A stretch of DNA of 64,000 nt, from sequence record ON862890.1; one strand, 5' to 3'. Origin of the DNA: Escherichia phage A221. Below the pieces are notes generated by a model. The model had not been told where the DNA came from. It did not search any database and was given only the letters and a program-made list of their open reading frames with translations. Both the position numbers and the translations under genes were made by a program. This document shows positions 53,644 to 62,217 of this stretch, piece after piece. Positions within the stretch are counted from its first letter, which is position 1; each line of letters starts with the position of its first letter.

Positions 53644-54330
53644 ATGAAACGTTTAATCCTCGGGGTTGTGCTGGCTGGTCTGGCATTACCCGCCGCTACC
53701 AAGCTGAACTCCACAGGTGATAAACTGTGGTCCGACCTTTCCTATTGTGCTGGGTTCTCCCAGGCGGTTGCCATCGACAAGTCTGGTTCCATAGAGAACT
53801 TCGCTGAACTCTGGAACACAGGCAACGTCTCCACCGCTGTCGTCAATGCCGGAATTGAGTTCAACCGTTACAAACAGGGAGCCTATAACCTCAAGGGCTA
53901 CCTCAATGACGAAGAATTTAACCGTGGAGGCATGGAGGCTGGCGATTTGATCATGACTGGGCGTATGGGCACCCAAGGCCGAATGACAGTCAGACAGTGC
54001 CGTTCGCTCCCTTCTCCGGCATTACAGAAGGGGGTGCAGATAGGCCGCCGCCACCTGAACCTTATCAACGATGGCAACCAGTGCGTCAAAGTATTCGAAT
54101 ACAGCGCTACGCAGACCTCTGATCGCGTCCTGAAGAAGGAATGGCGCACCCGCGCTCTTGGTCTCAGGGCATGGTTGGTGGAGAACGATTATTACTTTGA
54201 AGACAGGGTTCAGAACGGTCTGAAAGACCTGGCCACGAATCTGAGCGTGAACCTTGATGATCCTCGCATGTCGCGCGAACTCCAGCAGACTCGTGTTGAC
54301 TGCGACAATATGATGAAGGAGAACGAGTGA
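53644..54330 (+). CDS. putative secreted/periplasmic protein
   Basis: ATG at M39 of track ORF with aaggag RBS; N-terminal MKRLILGVVLAGLALPAATK hydrophobic signal; 228 aa. Confidence 0.45.
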   Translation: MKRLILGVVLAGLALPAATKLNSTGDKLWSDLSYCAGFSQAVAIDKSGSIENFAELWNTGNVSTAVVNAGIEFNRYKQGAYNLKGYLNDEEFNRGGMEAGDLIMTGRMGTQGRMTVRQCRSLPSPALQKGVQIGRRHLNLINDGNQCVKVFEYSATQTSDRVLKKEWRTRALGLRAWLVENDYYFEDRVQNGLKDLATNLSVNLDDPRMSRELQQTRVDCDNMMKENE

Positions 54331-54656
54331 TGAAATGTAAAATCCTGCTCTTGTTGGTACTGATAGCCGGGTGTGTAAATGCCGCGCCACCGTCTAAACT
54401 GAACACATGTGTGGCATGGATGGAGACGTATCAGCAGTTCCACCCAGATGACAAAGACACATCTATCCTCCTGTCCGACTTCGAGGGGGAGCTGAAGCGC
54501 CTTGATCTGTTCAGTGTTGATCAGATAGAGAATGCGCTGGATCTTCCCATGATGCTGACTGCGGCTGATAACAGTCCACAAACGAAGAAAGACCTGATGT
54601 ATTGCCGGGGAATTGCCCAGGACTTTGTCGGATTTCAAAATAAAGTTTCGGGTTAA
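54330..54656 (+). CDS. putative lipoprotein
   Basis: ATG overlapping upstream TGA (gtgATGa); aaggag RBS; MKCKILLLLVLIAGCVNA with lipobox L-I-A-G-C. Confidence 0.5.
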   Translation: MKCKILLLLVLIAGCVNAAPPSKLNTCVAWMETYQQFHPDDKDTSILLSDFEGELKRLDLFSVDQIENALDLPMMLTAADNSPQTKKDLMYCRGIAQDFVGFQNKVSG

Positions 54657-54695
54657 AATTTAGCCCTACATTGTGAACTGAAGGAATACACTGTG

Positions 54696-55562
54696 ATGCT
54701 CCTGACCAAAACAATCGCTGCGGCGATTATCGAAAAGAATAAGGCTTTTGCCCCCAACGCAGCCAAAGTTATGTTGGTACACGAAGACGCTCGCGTGATC
54801 TTCGCCGAGAAGTTCGAGATGGGCGCGAAGTTCTGGTATGCCGACAACTTACGTGAGAGCAAACTTCAGGGTATCATCCACAAACTGACTCTGGTCGCCA
54901 AGCGTAATGACCAGGGTGACTGGGTCGGCGTTTCTGACTTCAGTACGAAGATCACCCCAAAGGCTCCGCTTTCTCGTCAAGAGCGCATTCTACAAGCCCA
55001 GGAAAAGCTGCGTGCGGCTCGGAGTACTCCAAAGGCGAAACCAGATGCAAGCCCTGTCATCAAGCCAGCGGTTGTTCCTAAGTCCAAATACCTCCCTCCC
55101 GTGAGTCAAAAGGCTGTGGAGCAATTGGTTGAGAAGCGCAAGGGTGACGTTGTGATGAAGTCTGACTCTTCAGTGGAGCCGTTCAAGCCGGATCCAGCAG
55201 AAGTACAGGCACTAGCAGAAAAGGTAAAGAATTCACAATTCATTTCCCTGCGTGAACTTGAACCGCCTACTCGCCGTCGTGTCGCCAACGAGCTGTTTGT
55301 GTCGTTCAGGTCGGATGGCAAGATCGTCCTGTGCAAAGCCCTGCGCGATGCAATCCCTTGGACAACTCTGAACATGATGGTCACTCGCGACTTCAAGCGT
55401 TTTGGTATCATGCAAGGCAAGGACTACAACGTCAACCAGAGCGGGACTTATGTTAATCGCGCCATGTGCGACAAATTGACCTTCCCAGAAGACACCGGAA
55501 CGATCCGTGTCGTTCTGAATTGGGATGACAATCTGAACATGTATGTTGGCGATTTCCAATAA
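54696..55562 (+). CDS. hypothetical protein
   Basis: ATG one codon after track GTG start; gaagga RBS; 288 aa. Confidence 0.4.
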   Translation: MLLTKTIAAAIIEKNKAFAPNAAKVMLVHEDARVIFAEKFEMGAKFWYADNLRESKLQGIIHKLTLVAKRNDQGDWVGVSDFSTKITPKAPLSRQERILQAQEKLRAARSTPKAKPDASPVIKPAVVPKSKYLPPVSQKAVEQLVEKRKGDVVMKSDSSVEPFKPDPAEVQALAEKVKNSQFISLRELEPPTRRRVANELFVSFRSDGKIVLCKALRDAIPWTTLNMMVTRDFKRFGIMQGKDYNVNQSGTYVNRAMCDKLTFPEDTGTIRVVLNWDDNLNMYVGDFQ

Positions 55563-55618
55563 TCAATAACCTCGGGCGGCTTATCATAAAGCTGCCCTTT
55601 CATTTGAGTGACTATATC

Positions 55619-56281
55619 ATGGAAAAACTTTATTCTATTATCGTCGGTCCTGATCCTGACGGATTATTCTTCGCCCCGTTGTCTTATATTGCCCACGCCC
55701 GTATCGGTAGCTATTACGCATATTGCACACGTGGCCACGACGGTTCCAATATCCTCCATTATAGCCGCCTGAACGATTTCCTGGCACTTCAACCAGAAGA
55801 TGTTGTGCTGGCGCGTCGCGTGTTCATCGACTTCAACGCGATGCACAACAACGAAATCGACGCTCGCTATCATGCCATGCGTTCTATGGAAGGGGGAGAC
55901 TGCATTTATCGTATCGACCATTTTAGTGAGTTTACCGAATGTATTGATTGGTTTATCTCTGATAAAGTGATGGGTGAAAGAATCGTCACAACTCCGTGGG
56001 CGCATGCGGAACAACTTCGTGTGTCTACCGATGCGTACAAAGAAGTCGAAAATCTGTGCAACAAGTTCCGCATCTCGGTGGCCTGTAATCAAGACCTGGG
56101 CGAAGAGATACAATGGACAGCTGAGTCTCCTCATTTCAGTGGCCTGGTGATGACGGCCGAAACCCGTTCCCGTGCTGTTGTCCAGTTAGTACTCTGGGCG
56201 TTCTACCAGCGCACCCCGTTCTCATACATGGGGCAGAAAGAGATTGATGAACTCCTGAAGTCTCATGCGGTGGAGGTGTAA
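55619..56281 (+). CDS. hypothetical protein
   Basis: ATG at M6 of track ORF (codon 1 TTG); 220 aa. Confidence 0.4.
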   Translation: MEKLYSIIVGPDPDGLFFAPLSYIAHARIGSYYAYCTRGHDGSNILHYSRLNDFLALQPEDVVLARRVFIDFNAMHNNEIDARYHAMRSMEGGDCIYRIDHFSEFTECIDWFISDKVMGERIVTTPWAHAEQLRVSTDAYKEVENLCNKFRISVACNQDLGEEIQWTAESPHFSGLVMTAETRSRAVVQLVLWAFYQRTPFSYMGQKEIDELLKSHAVEV

Positions 56282-56282
56282 T

Positions 56283-56723
56283 ATGGCTGGCGTATGGTGT
56301 GATGTCTTGCTGGTTCGTTACAGCGTAAATGGGGGTGCCCAAGTTCGTTCCGCCTTCTATCCAGTACCGTTCTCCTCTGGTGGCCTTACAGCTCAGAGGG
56401 TGTTAAGTATCGAAGCAGAACTGAACGCGAAGACATATATCGGCGATACACAAGTGTTGGGATACGATCTTCTGAACGAAATGTTGATCGATGAAGATAA
56501 GGTAGAAACCATTATTGTTAGCCGTCAAGAAATGGAGGTCTTGATGAAACTGGAAGGCACCGAAAAGACTGAAGTTCAAACGGTGTCTGTGCCTGTCGCA
56601 CCAACACAGGAACACCTTGATGCCATTGCTGGATTATTCACGCATGGATTTTGTGATGATCGCATGGCTCGTGGTATCTATGCCGCCGCACTGGGCGTTG
56701 AGAAACAAACGGAGCAAATATGA
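56283..56723 (+). CDS. hypothetical protein
   Basis: ATG at M7 of track ORF with strong ggaggtg RBS; 146 aa. Confidence 0.4.
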   Translation: MAGVWCDVLLVRYSVNGGAQVRSAFYPVPFSSGGLTAQRVLSIEAELNAKTYIGDTQVLGYDLLNEMLIDEDKVETIIVSRQEMEVLMKLEGTEKTEVQTVSVPVAPTQEHLDAIAGLFTHGFCDDRMARGIYAAALGVEKQTEQI

Positions 56724-56848
56724 GCACAAAGACTGTAATCGTGGTGAAAGGCTATTAATTCCGCTTTATTCAATAAAATTTGTTAGTTAAACTGTAGTCC
56801 TCTTGTAGTGAACATGAAAGTAAACATTAACCCAACGGAGAAATCCAG

Positions 56849-57127
56849 ATGAATCGTACTGAATTTGTTGCCCACATTGCTTCGACCCAGAATATCACCA
56901 AAGGCGAAGCGGAGAAAGTAGTGGCATCCTTTATCGACGGTGTTAAAACTGCAGTTGCTGCAGGCGCATCTGTACAGCTGGTCGGCTTCGGTGCGTTCGA
57001 AGTGAAACACCAAGAAGCGCGTGAAGGCCGCAACCCTCTGAACGGCCAGACCATTCAGATTGCGGCGAAAAACGTTGTGAAATTCAAAGTGGGCGAAGGT
57101 CTGAAGAACGCTGCCAACGGCAAGTAA
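56849..57127 (+). CDS. HU/IHF-family histone-like DNA-binding protein
   Basis: 92 aa; MNRTEFVAHIA...VQLVGFGAFEVKHQEAREGRNPLNGQTIQIAAKNVVKFKVG matches the HU fold signature GFGxFxV...R.GRNP.TG; followed by strong terminator. Confidence 0.8.
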   Translation: MNRTEFVAHIASTQNITKGEAEKVVASFIDGVKTAVAAGASVQLVGFGAFEVKHQEAREGRNPLNGQTIQIAAKNVVKFKVGEGLKNAANGK

Positions 57128-57179
57128 TTCTATCTGACGCGCGGCCAGGCTCTGCAATCAGGGCATGGCAAAAGAGAAA

Positions 57180-57208
57180 GCCGGAGCATTGTACTCCGGC
57201 TTTTTCGT
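57180..57208 (+). terminator. intrinsic terminator after HU-like gene
   Basis: GCCGGAG-cattgta-CTCCGGC followed by tttttcgttc. Confidence 0.65.
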
Positions 57209-57255
57209 TCTTGGGGATCGGGTAAACTATAGGCGAATCCCATAGGAGGAAGAAA

Positions 57256-58974
57256 GTGACAGCATTCAACCAATATACCAAGGCGCTTGACGGCGTCGGA
57301 CCAGTCAGCATAGACCGCATCAAGTCTCTTGCCACTGAGTTCTTCCCGTATGACACCGCCAACCCCGGCCAGATGGAATGCATCGTTGAAGCCATTGATG
57401 CCCTTGTGAATAAGAAATTCAAACACGTGATCATCGAGGCTCCGACTGGTGTAGGTAAATCCCTCATCGGCACTACCATCCATAATGTGCTTCGCCATTT
57501 GGTTCTTGAGCACAACCCGTATGGTCAGTTCCGCACGTCTATCACGACGCCGACCAAAGGTTTACAGGATCAGTATGCAGCAGAGAAAGCCGTGGCGATA
57601 GATATCCTGAAGGGCAAGAAGAACTACCGTTGCCACATCAGTCCCGACCTATACTACAACGCCATTCAGTGCCGTATGGCATGCCGTGATGGCCACTGTA
57701 GTAAGAATCGTTGCCCATATGTTCAGGCGCGTCGACAGTGGACCGACGTCTCCTCCCTGCGCTGCACCAACGCCGCCATGATGGTGGAGATGTGCACGAC
57801 GATCTGTATGAAGCCGGAAAACCGCGCCGATATGCTGATCCTTGACGAGTGTCATAAGATGCCCTCTACGCTGCTAGAGCATACTATCATGGAATACAAC
57901 ATAAAGGCTGTGGAAGGGTTGCTTACGATCCCCGAGGGAGTGCCTATCGTGGAGACCATCAAGGATATCATCATCCGCACAGAGAACTATGAATTGGGCA
58001 AGCTGTATTCCCTGTCTGGTGAGATGCATGCGATATTTGATGAACTGCACGGCAAGGTTGAAGCCCTGTTGGAAACTCTTGAGGAACTGGTAGAGGACGA
58101 GCGCCTGACTGAAGCCCAGGTGATGAAGCTGTCTGATATTATTGATACTCTTCACAACCTCAGCGACTACTGTGGTATCATGGGGCAGACCAACGCCAGC
58201 ACTTTCATCGTACAGGAGAAGGACAAGGGTATGATTCAGTTCAAGCCTGTCATCGCCTCTGATGTATCCCAGTTCGGCCTGTTCCGCAAGGGTGACTACC
58301 ACGTCCACATGTCGGCTACCATTTGTGGGATTGACTCGTACGCCCGGTCACTGGGTATCCGCGAGGGTGAGTACCACAAGATACAGATCGGCAACCCTAT
58401 CCCGATTGAGAACCGGAAAGTCAACTACATGCCCATCATGAAGATGACAGCGAACATGGGTGACTACGAGATGAAGAAGCTGGCTGAATACGTGGATGAA
58501 ATTATCGCGTTCCACCCTGGGCAGTCTGGCATCATTCACACAGTCAGTTATGACCGCGCCCTGGCTCTACAAAAGTTCAGTAAGTACCGGAATATGATTC
58601 ACGTTCCTCGTACTCGTAAGGCTCTGATGGACATCATGGAACACGCGTTCAGGACGAAGACACCTTGTGTCATCGCCAGTCCGGCCATGGAAGAGGGGTA
58701 TGACTTCAAAGGCGATTATAGTCGATTTCAGATCTTGATCAAGGTGCCATATGATTACCTTGGTGATCCTCTGGTGGCCCACGTCAACAGTGTGGACCCA
58801 TCGGCGTACTTCAGGATGGCGGTACTGCGTATCGTTCAGATGTGTGGGCGTTCGGTCAGGGGTGTGAATGACTGGGCTGCGACGTACATCCTTGATTCTT
58901 CTTTTGAATCACTGATGATGCGCAACCCAGAGTTCTTCCCCGCTTGGTTCACTGATGCCGTGTTTGAGGTTTAG
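57256..58974 (+). CDS. DinG/XPD-like Fe-S helicase (SF2, DEAH-type)
   Basis: GTG start with aggagga RBS (first in-frame ATG is 39 codons in); IIEAPTGVGKSL Walker A; ILDECHKM motif II; Cys cluster CHISPDLYYNAIQCRMACRDGHC between them. Confidence 0.7.
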   Translation: MTAFNQYTKALDGVGPVSIDRIKSLATEFFPYDTANPGQMECIVEAIDALVNKKFKHVIIEAPTGVGKSLIGTTIHNVLRHLVLEHNPYGQFRTSITTPTKGLQDQYAAEKAVAIDILKGKKNYRCHISPDLYYNAIQCRMACRDGHCSKNRCPYVQARRQWTDVSSLRCTNAAMMVEMCTTICMKPENRADMLILDECHKMPSTLLEHTIMEYNIKAVEGLLTIPEGVPIVETIKDIIIRTENYELGKLYSLSGEMHAIFDELHGKVEALLETLEELVEDERLTEAQVMKLSDIIDTLHNLSDYCGIMGQTNASTFIVQEKDKGMIQFKPVIASDVSQFGLFRKGDYHVHMSATICGIDSYARSLGIREGEYHKIQIGNPIPIENRKVNYMPIMKMTANMGDYEMKKLAEYVDEIIAFHPGQSGIIHTVSYDRALALQKFSKYRNMIHVPRTRKALMDIMEHAFRTKTPCVIASPAMEEGYDFKGDYSRFQILIKVPYDYLGDPLVAHVNSVDPSAYFRMAVLRIVQMCGRSVRGVNDWAATYILDSSFESLMMRNPEFFPAWFTDAVFEV

Positions 58975-59738
58975 TAACCCGCAACGAAGGACAGATGGCA
59001 CTTGACATTCGGTTCCAACGACGTCACAGAAACCGTCATATTGTCCGTATCTTGGCTGAAGTCAATGGTGGCGAGAGGTTTGGTCTGAATATGGTTGTAG
59101 ACACTGTAGATCAGATCCTCGCCACGATACCCTACCTTCCCGTCGGTGTCTTGCCAATGACCCAGTGTCTCATCGTAGACATGCACTCTGAACTCGATCA
59201 TATGGAAGAGTGCCTTGGGGATGTCCTTGAGTACGCTGGTGCCAACCACGGGAATTTCTATGCTGGAATCATTGGAGTTCCCTTCATAGACCGAAGCCCA
59301 TGCAAAGGTAGGATCACCCCCAGCAACAGGGGTTCGCTTCCAGTATTGGAATTCTGGGTTGCCCGAAGCGTTCTTCTGAAGTAGAATGACCTCACCACCT
59401 TTGAAGTTCGAGGTATCGATGTCGCCTCGCTGAAGTTCATCTGCTGGAGATCCAATAAATTTCCAGCCTTCGCGATCCAGTAAAGACTTATAATAGTCGG
59501 TGAACACGTTGCTGTCTTCTGCATCGTTGATGGCATCTTTGAGACCTTGGCCTGTCACCATCTCGTTGAGCTTCAACCACATGTTCTTGACAGCAGAAGC
59601 TGCTGCGACTTGTCCAGCAGTCCCACCTGCAGCATAATCATAGATGATATCTTCTGACTTGATAGCATCATAGATAGAGAGGAGCAATTGCTCAATCTGC
59701 GGGGCGGTGAGACTGAAACGATATGCGCGGGGTGCCAT
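58971..59738 (-). CDS. hypothetical protein
   Basis: Minus strand; ATG at 59738 with aagagg RBS (track start 59897 would overlap the RNase H start); 255 aa. Confidence 0.4.
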   Translation of the reverse strand: MAPRAYRFSLTAPQIEQLLLSIYDAIKSEDIIYDYAAGGTAGQVAAASAVKNMWLKLNEMVTGQGLKDAINDAEDSNVFTDYYKSLLDREGWKFIGSPADELQRGDIDTSNFKGGEVILLQKNASGNPEFQYWKRTPVAGGDPTFAWASVYEGNSNDSSIEIPVVGTSVLKDIPKALFHMIEFRVHVYDETLGHWQDTDGKVGYRGEDLIYSVYNHIQTKPLATIDFSQDTDNMTVSVTSLEPNVKCHLSFVAGY

Positions 59739-59783
59739 AGTTTCATTCCTCTTTCTATAAAACCAGTTTGGGATATTTATATC

Positions 59784-60311
59784 ATGATAGAAATTTATTC
59801 TGACGGGGGTTCTAACCCGAAGACCAACCAGGCCGCAGGATGGGCATTTGTCATCAGGCCAATAACGGGTATGCAATGGAAGGTGTTCTTCGGTCATCTA
59901 CCTCCCCCGTCCACTAACAATATCGCCGAGTTGTTGGGTGTGACCAACGCATTGAAGCTACTGTGGGCATTCTCAGGAAAGGGTGAGCGCAGAATACCAA
60001 AGGCAACAATTTGGTCTGACAGCCAATATGCTATCAAGAGCGTCACCGAATGGCGAGCGAAGTGGGAGTATCAGGGTTTCCCAGAAAAGAACGTTGAACT
60101 CATCAAAGATCTGTTCAGAATCTATGATCTCGTTTGTTCAATTTGTGATGTTGAACTAAAATGGGTTAAGGGTCATGCGGGGCACGAAGGCAACGAACTT
60201 GCCGATGACTGGGCCACAGCAGCCAAAAACGACAGCAACTTCCTGATTGAGAATGACAAGATCTCGGTGAAGAAGGTTGTTGGATCTTTTGATGAATTTA
60301 TCGGTATCTGA
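59784..60311 (+). CDS. rnhA: ribonuclease HI (bacterial RnhA type)
   Basis: ATG at M33 of track ORF; IYSDGG, NNIAELLG, IWSDSQY, KWVKGHAGHEGNELAD match RNase HI catalytic motifs. Confidence 0.8.
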   Translation: MIEIYSDGGSNPKTNQAAGWAFVIRPITGMQWKVFFGHLPPPSTNNIAELLGVTNALKLLWAFSGKGERRIPKATIWSDSQYAIKSVTEWRAKWEYQGFPEKNVELIKDLFRIYDLVCSICDVELKWVKGHAGHEGNELADDWATAAKNDSNFLIENDKISVKKVVGSFDEFIGI

Positions 60312-60322
60312 GGGATTTCATA

Positions 60323-61114
60323 ATGGGAATGAACTTCGTGGACAGAGGGGAGAATGTCGTCAAATATTTCACAGACGAAGATAACGAGCGTGTCATCAGT
60401 ATCCTTCGTGATTGGATCCCTGCTCGTAAGAAGGCTCTGGCTGAAGGCACCAGGCTTCCAAAGATCCCCAACTATGTTGCTCTACAGGTCCAGCGCATCA
60501 TCACCAAGATGAGCACCCGCTACAACTATCGCGACTATCCCTTCCGTGAAGACATGGTCTCTGAAGCAATAGTCAACATCTTGCGCTACCTCCACACATT
60601 TGACGTCGAACACATTGGAAAGAAAGGGAAGATCAACTTCTTCTCTTGGGTGACAATGTGTGCTGATCGATCATTCGCTCGTAAACTGAATATCGAAGAA
60701 GAGCACACGTACATTAAATTGCGCTCATTTGAAGAGGCGGGTGGGTTCGCAGGCCTGGCAGACGATCCCGACTTCCAACAAGAGGTCTTTGTTGATGCTA
60801 CAGGAATTGGCATGGACTTCCGTGAACGTATCGGCAACTTTGAGAACAAAAAGGACGCTCAAAGGCAGAAGGAGCGAGAGAAGGTGGAGGCAGCTCGTCT
60901 CGCAGAATCGAATAAAAAGATTGCGAAAGGCATACTTCAATACATGGCGCAGGCTAAGAATACGGTAACAGCGCAGGCCGAAGACAATTCAGATCAAGAC
61001 TTCGGCAAAACCCAATTCAATCTGGAAGATGATATCTGTGCGATGGAACCAGATTGGGAAGCCCTCAAACAAAGATTAGAAGAACGGGAGAAAAAGAACA
61101 ATGGCGATTGCTAA
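60323..61114 (+). CDS. gp55: late-transcription sigma factor (T4 gp55-like)
   Basis: YVALQVQRIITKMSTRYNYRDYPFREDMVSEAIVNILRYLHTFD parallels the T4 gp55 region as remembered; precedes gp47/gp46 as in T4. Confidence 0.65.
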   Translation: MGMNFVDRGENVVKYFTDEDNERVISILRDWIPARKKALAEGTRLPKIPNYVALQVQRIITKMSTRYNYRDYPFREDMVSEAIVNILRYLHTFDVEHIGKKGKINFFSWVTMCADRSFARKLNIEEEHTYIKLRSFEEAGGFAGLADDPDFQQEVFVDATGIGMDFRERIGNFENKKDAQRQKEREKVEAARLAESNKKIAKGILQYMAQAKNTVTAQAEDNSDQDFGKTQFNLEDDICAMEPDWEALKQRLEEREKKNNGDC

Positions 61115-62216
61115 AATTGGCGATCTGCATATCGGGAGCCGTAATGGTTCTCGATACGTTCGCGACTTCATCAAGAACTATCTCATCAATTATTTCATTC
61201 CTGAACTTGCCGACTCTGATATCAAAGAGGTCTGGCAGTTCGGTGATACGTTTGATGTCCGCAAATTCATGTACGGGCGCGACAAAGACTGGCTGAAGGA
61301 TGAACTCACCCCTGCGTTGAAAGCGGCTGGTATCAAGTGGAATGGCATCGTGGGCAACCATGACATCACCCTGGAAGAGTCCAACCGCATCAACTGGCCA
61401 TCCTACCTGAACGAACTCGACCCGGATGTGTACTGCTATTACAGCGAACCGACCGAAGTGATGATCGAGGGTGTCAAGACTCTGCTGCTGCCTTGGATCA
61501 ACAAGGAGAACTATGATGCGTCTATTAAAGCGATACAAGATACAGACGCCGAGTACTGTTTTGCGCATCTGGAGCTGGCGGGGTTCAAAATGTATCAGTC
61601 TTCTACTTGTGATCACGGTCAGATCGACGTTGCTCTGCTTTCCAAGTTTACCAGGGTCGACACGGGGCATTTCCATACCCGTTCGATGGAAGGTAACATT
61701 CAATATATTGGGACTCCATATCACCTGAACTGGGAAGACTACAAAGACGGCACCAACCGTGGCTTCTATGTGGACGACATGCGTGGTGGTGAGATCTTTA
61801 TCCCGAACGCCGAGCACCAGACGCTGTTCCGCTATGTGGAATATGATTACACCAAGTTGTCCTCTGATGAAGAAGGTAATTGGATCGACCCGGAATGGTT
61901 GAACACAGGCTTGGGTATTGAAGGGCAAATTGTTAAGGTTATTGTACAGAACCGTGACAATGCTAAGCATTATGAAAAGTTCTGTGATGCGATGAAGCGA
62001 TGCAAGTGTATTGACTACAACTTCATCGACCGGACGATTACTGTTGCTGCCGAGAAGGTTGAGGTCACCGAAGAGATGGTGGCGACCGATGCGGTGGAAG
62101 TCCTGAAGAAGGATATCCGCGCAGGGAACAACATTCAGCGCCCCGACAACGTCTGTAAACTAGCAGAGCACTTCTATAATGCTGCCCAACAACGCCTGAA
62201 CAAACTGGATGCATAA
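61101..62216 (+). CDS. gp47: recombination endonuclease subunit (T4 gp47-like, SbcD/Mre11)
   Basis: GDLHIG, GDTFDV, GNHD, GHFH phosphoesterase motifs in Mre11/SbcD order. Confidence 0.8.
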   Translation: MAIAKIGDLHIGSRNGSRYVRDFIKNYLINYFIPELADSDIKEVWQFGDTFDVRKFMYGRDKDWLKDELTPALKAAGIKWNGIVGNHDITLEESNRINWPSYLNELDPDVYCYYSEPTEVMIEGVKTLLLPWINKENYDASIKAIQDTDAEYCFAHLELAGFKMYQSSTCDHGQIDVALLSKFTRVDTGHFHTRSMEGNIQYIGTPYHLNWEDYKDGTNRGFYVDDMRGGEIFIPNAEHQTLFRYVEYDYTKLSSDEEGNWIDPEWLNTGLGIEGQIVKVIVQNRDNAKHYEKFCDAMKRCKCIDYNFIDRTITVAAEKVEVTEEMVATDAVEVLKKDIRAGNNIQRPDNVCKLAEHFYNAAQQRLNKLDA

Positions 62217-62217
62217 C

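Noticed and set aside
53644-54330. T4-type holin assignment for the 228-aa secreted protein
   Set aside because: A T4 T-holin has a cytoplasmic N-terminus before its single TM helix, whereas this protein starts with a signal-peptide-like segment and shows no sequence resemblance
59739-59897. N-terminal 53 codons of minus ORF 58971-59897
   Set aside because: Would overlap the RNase HI start on the opposite strand; internal ATG at 59738 has a good RBS
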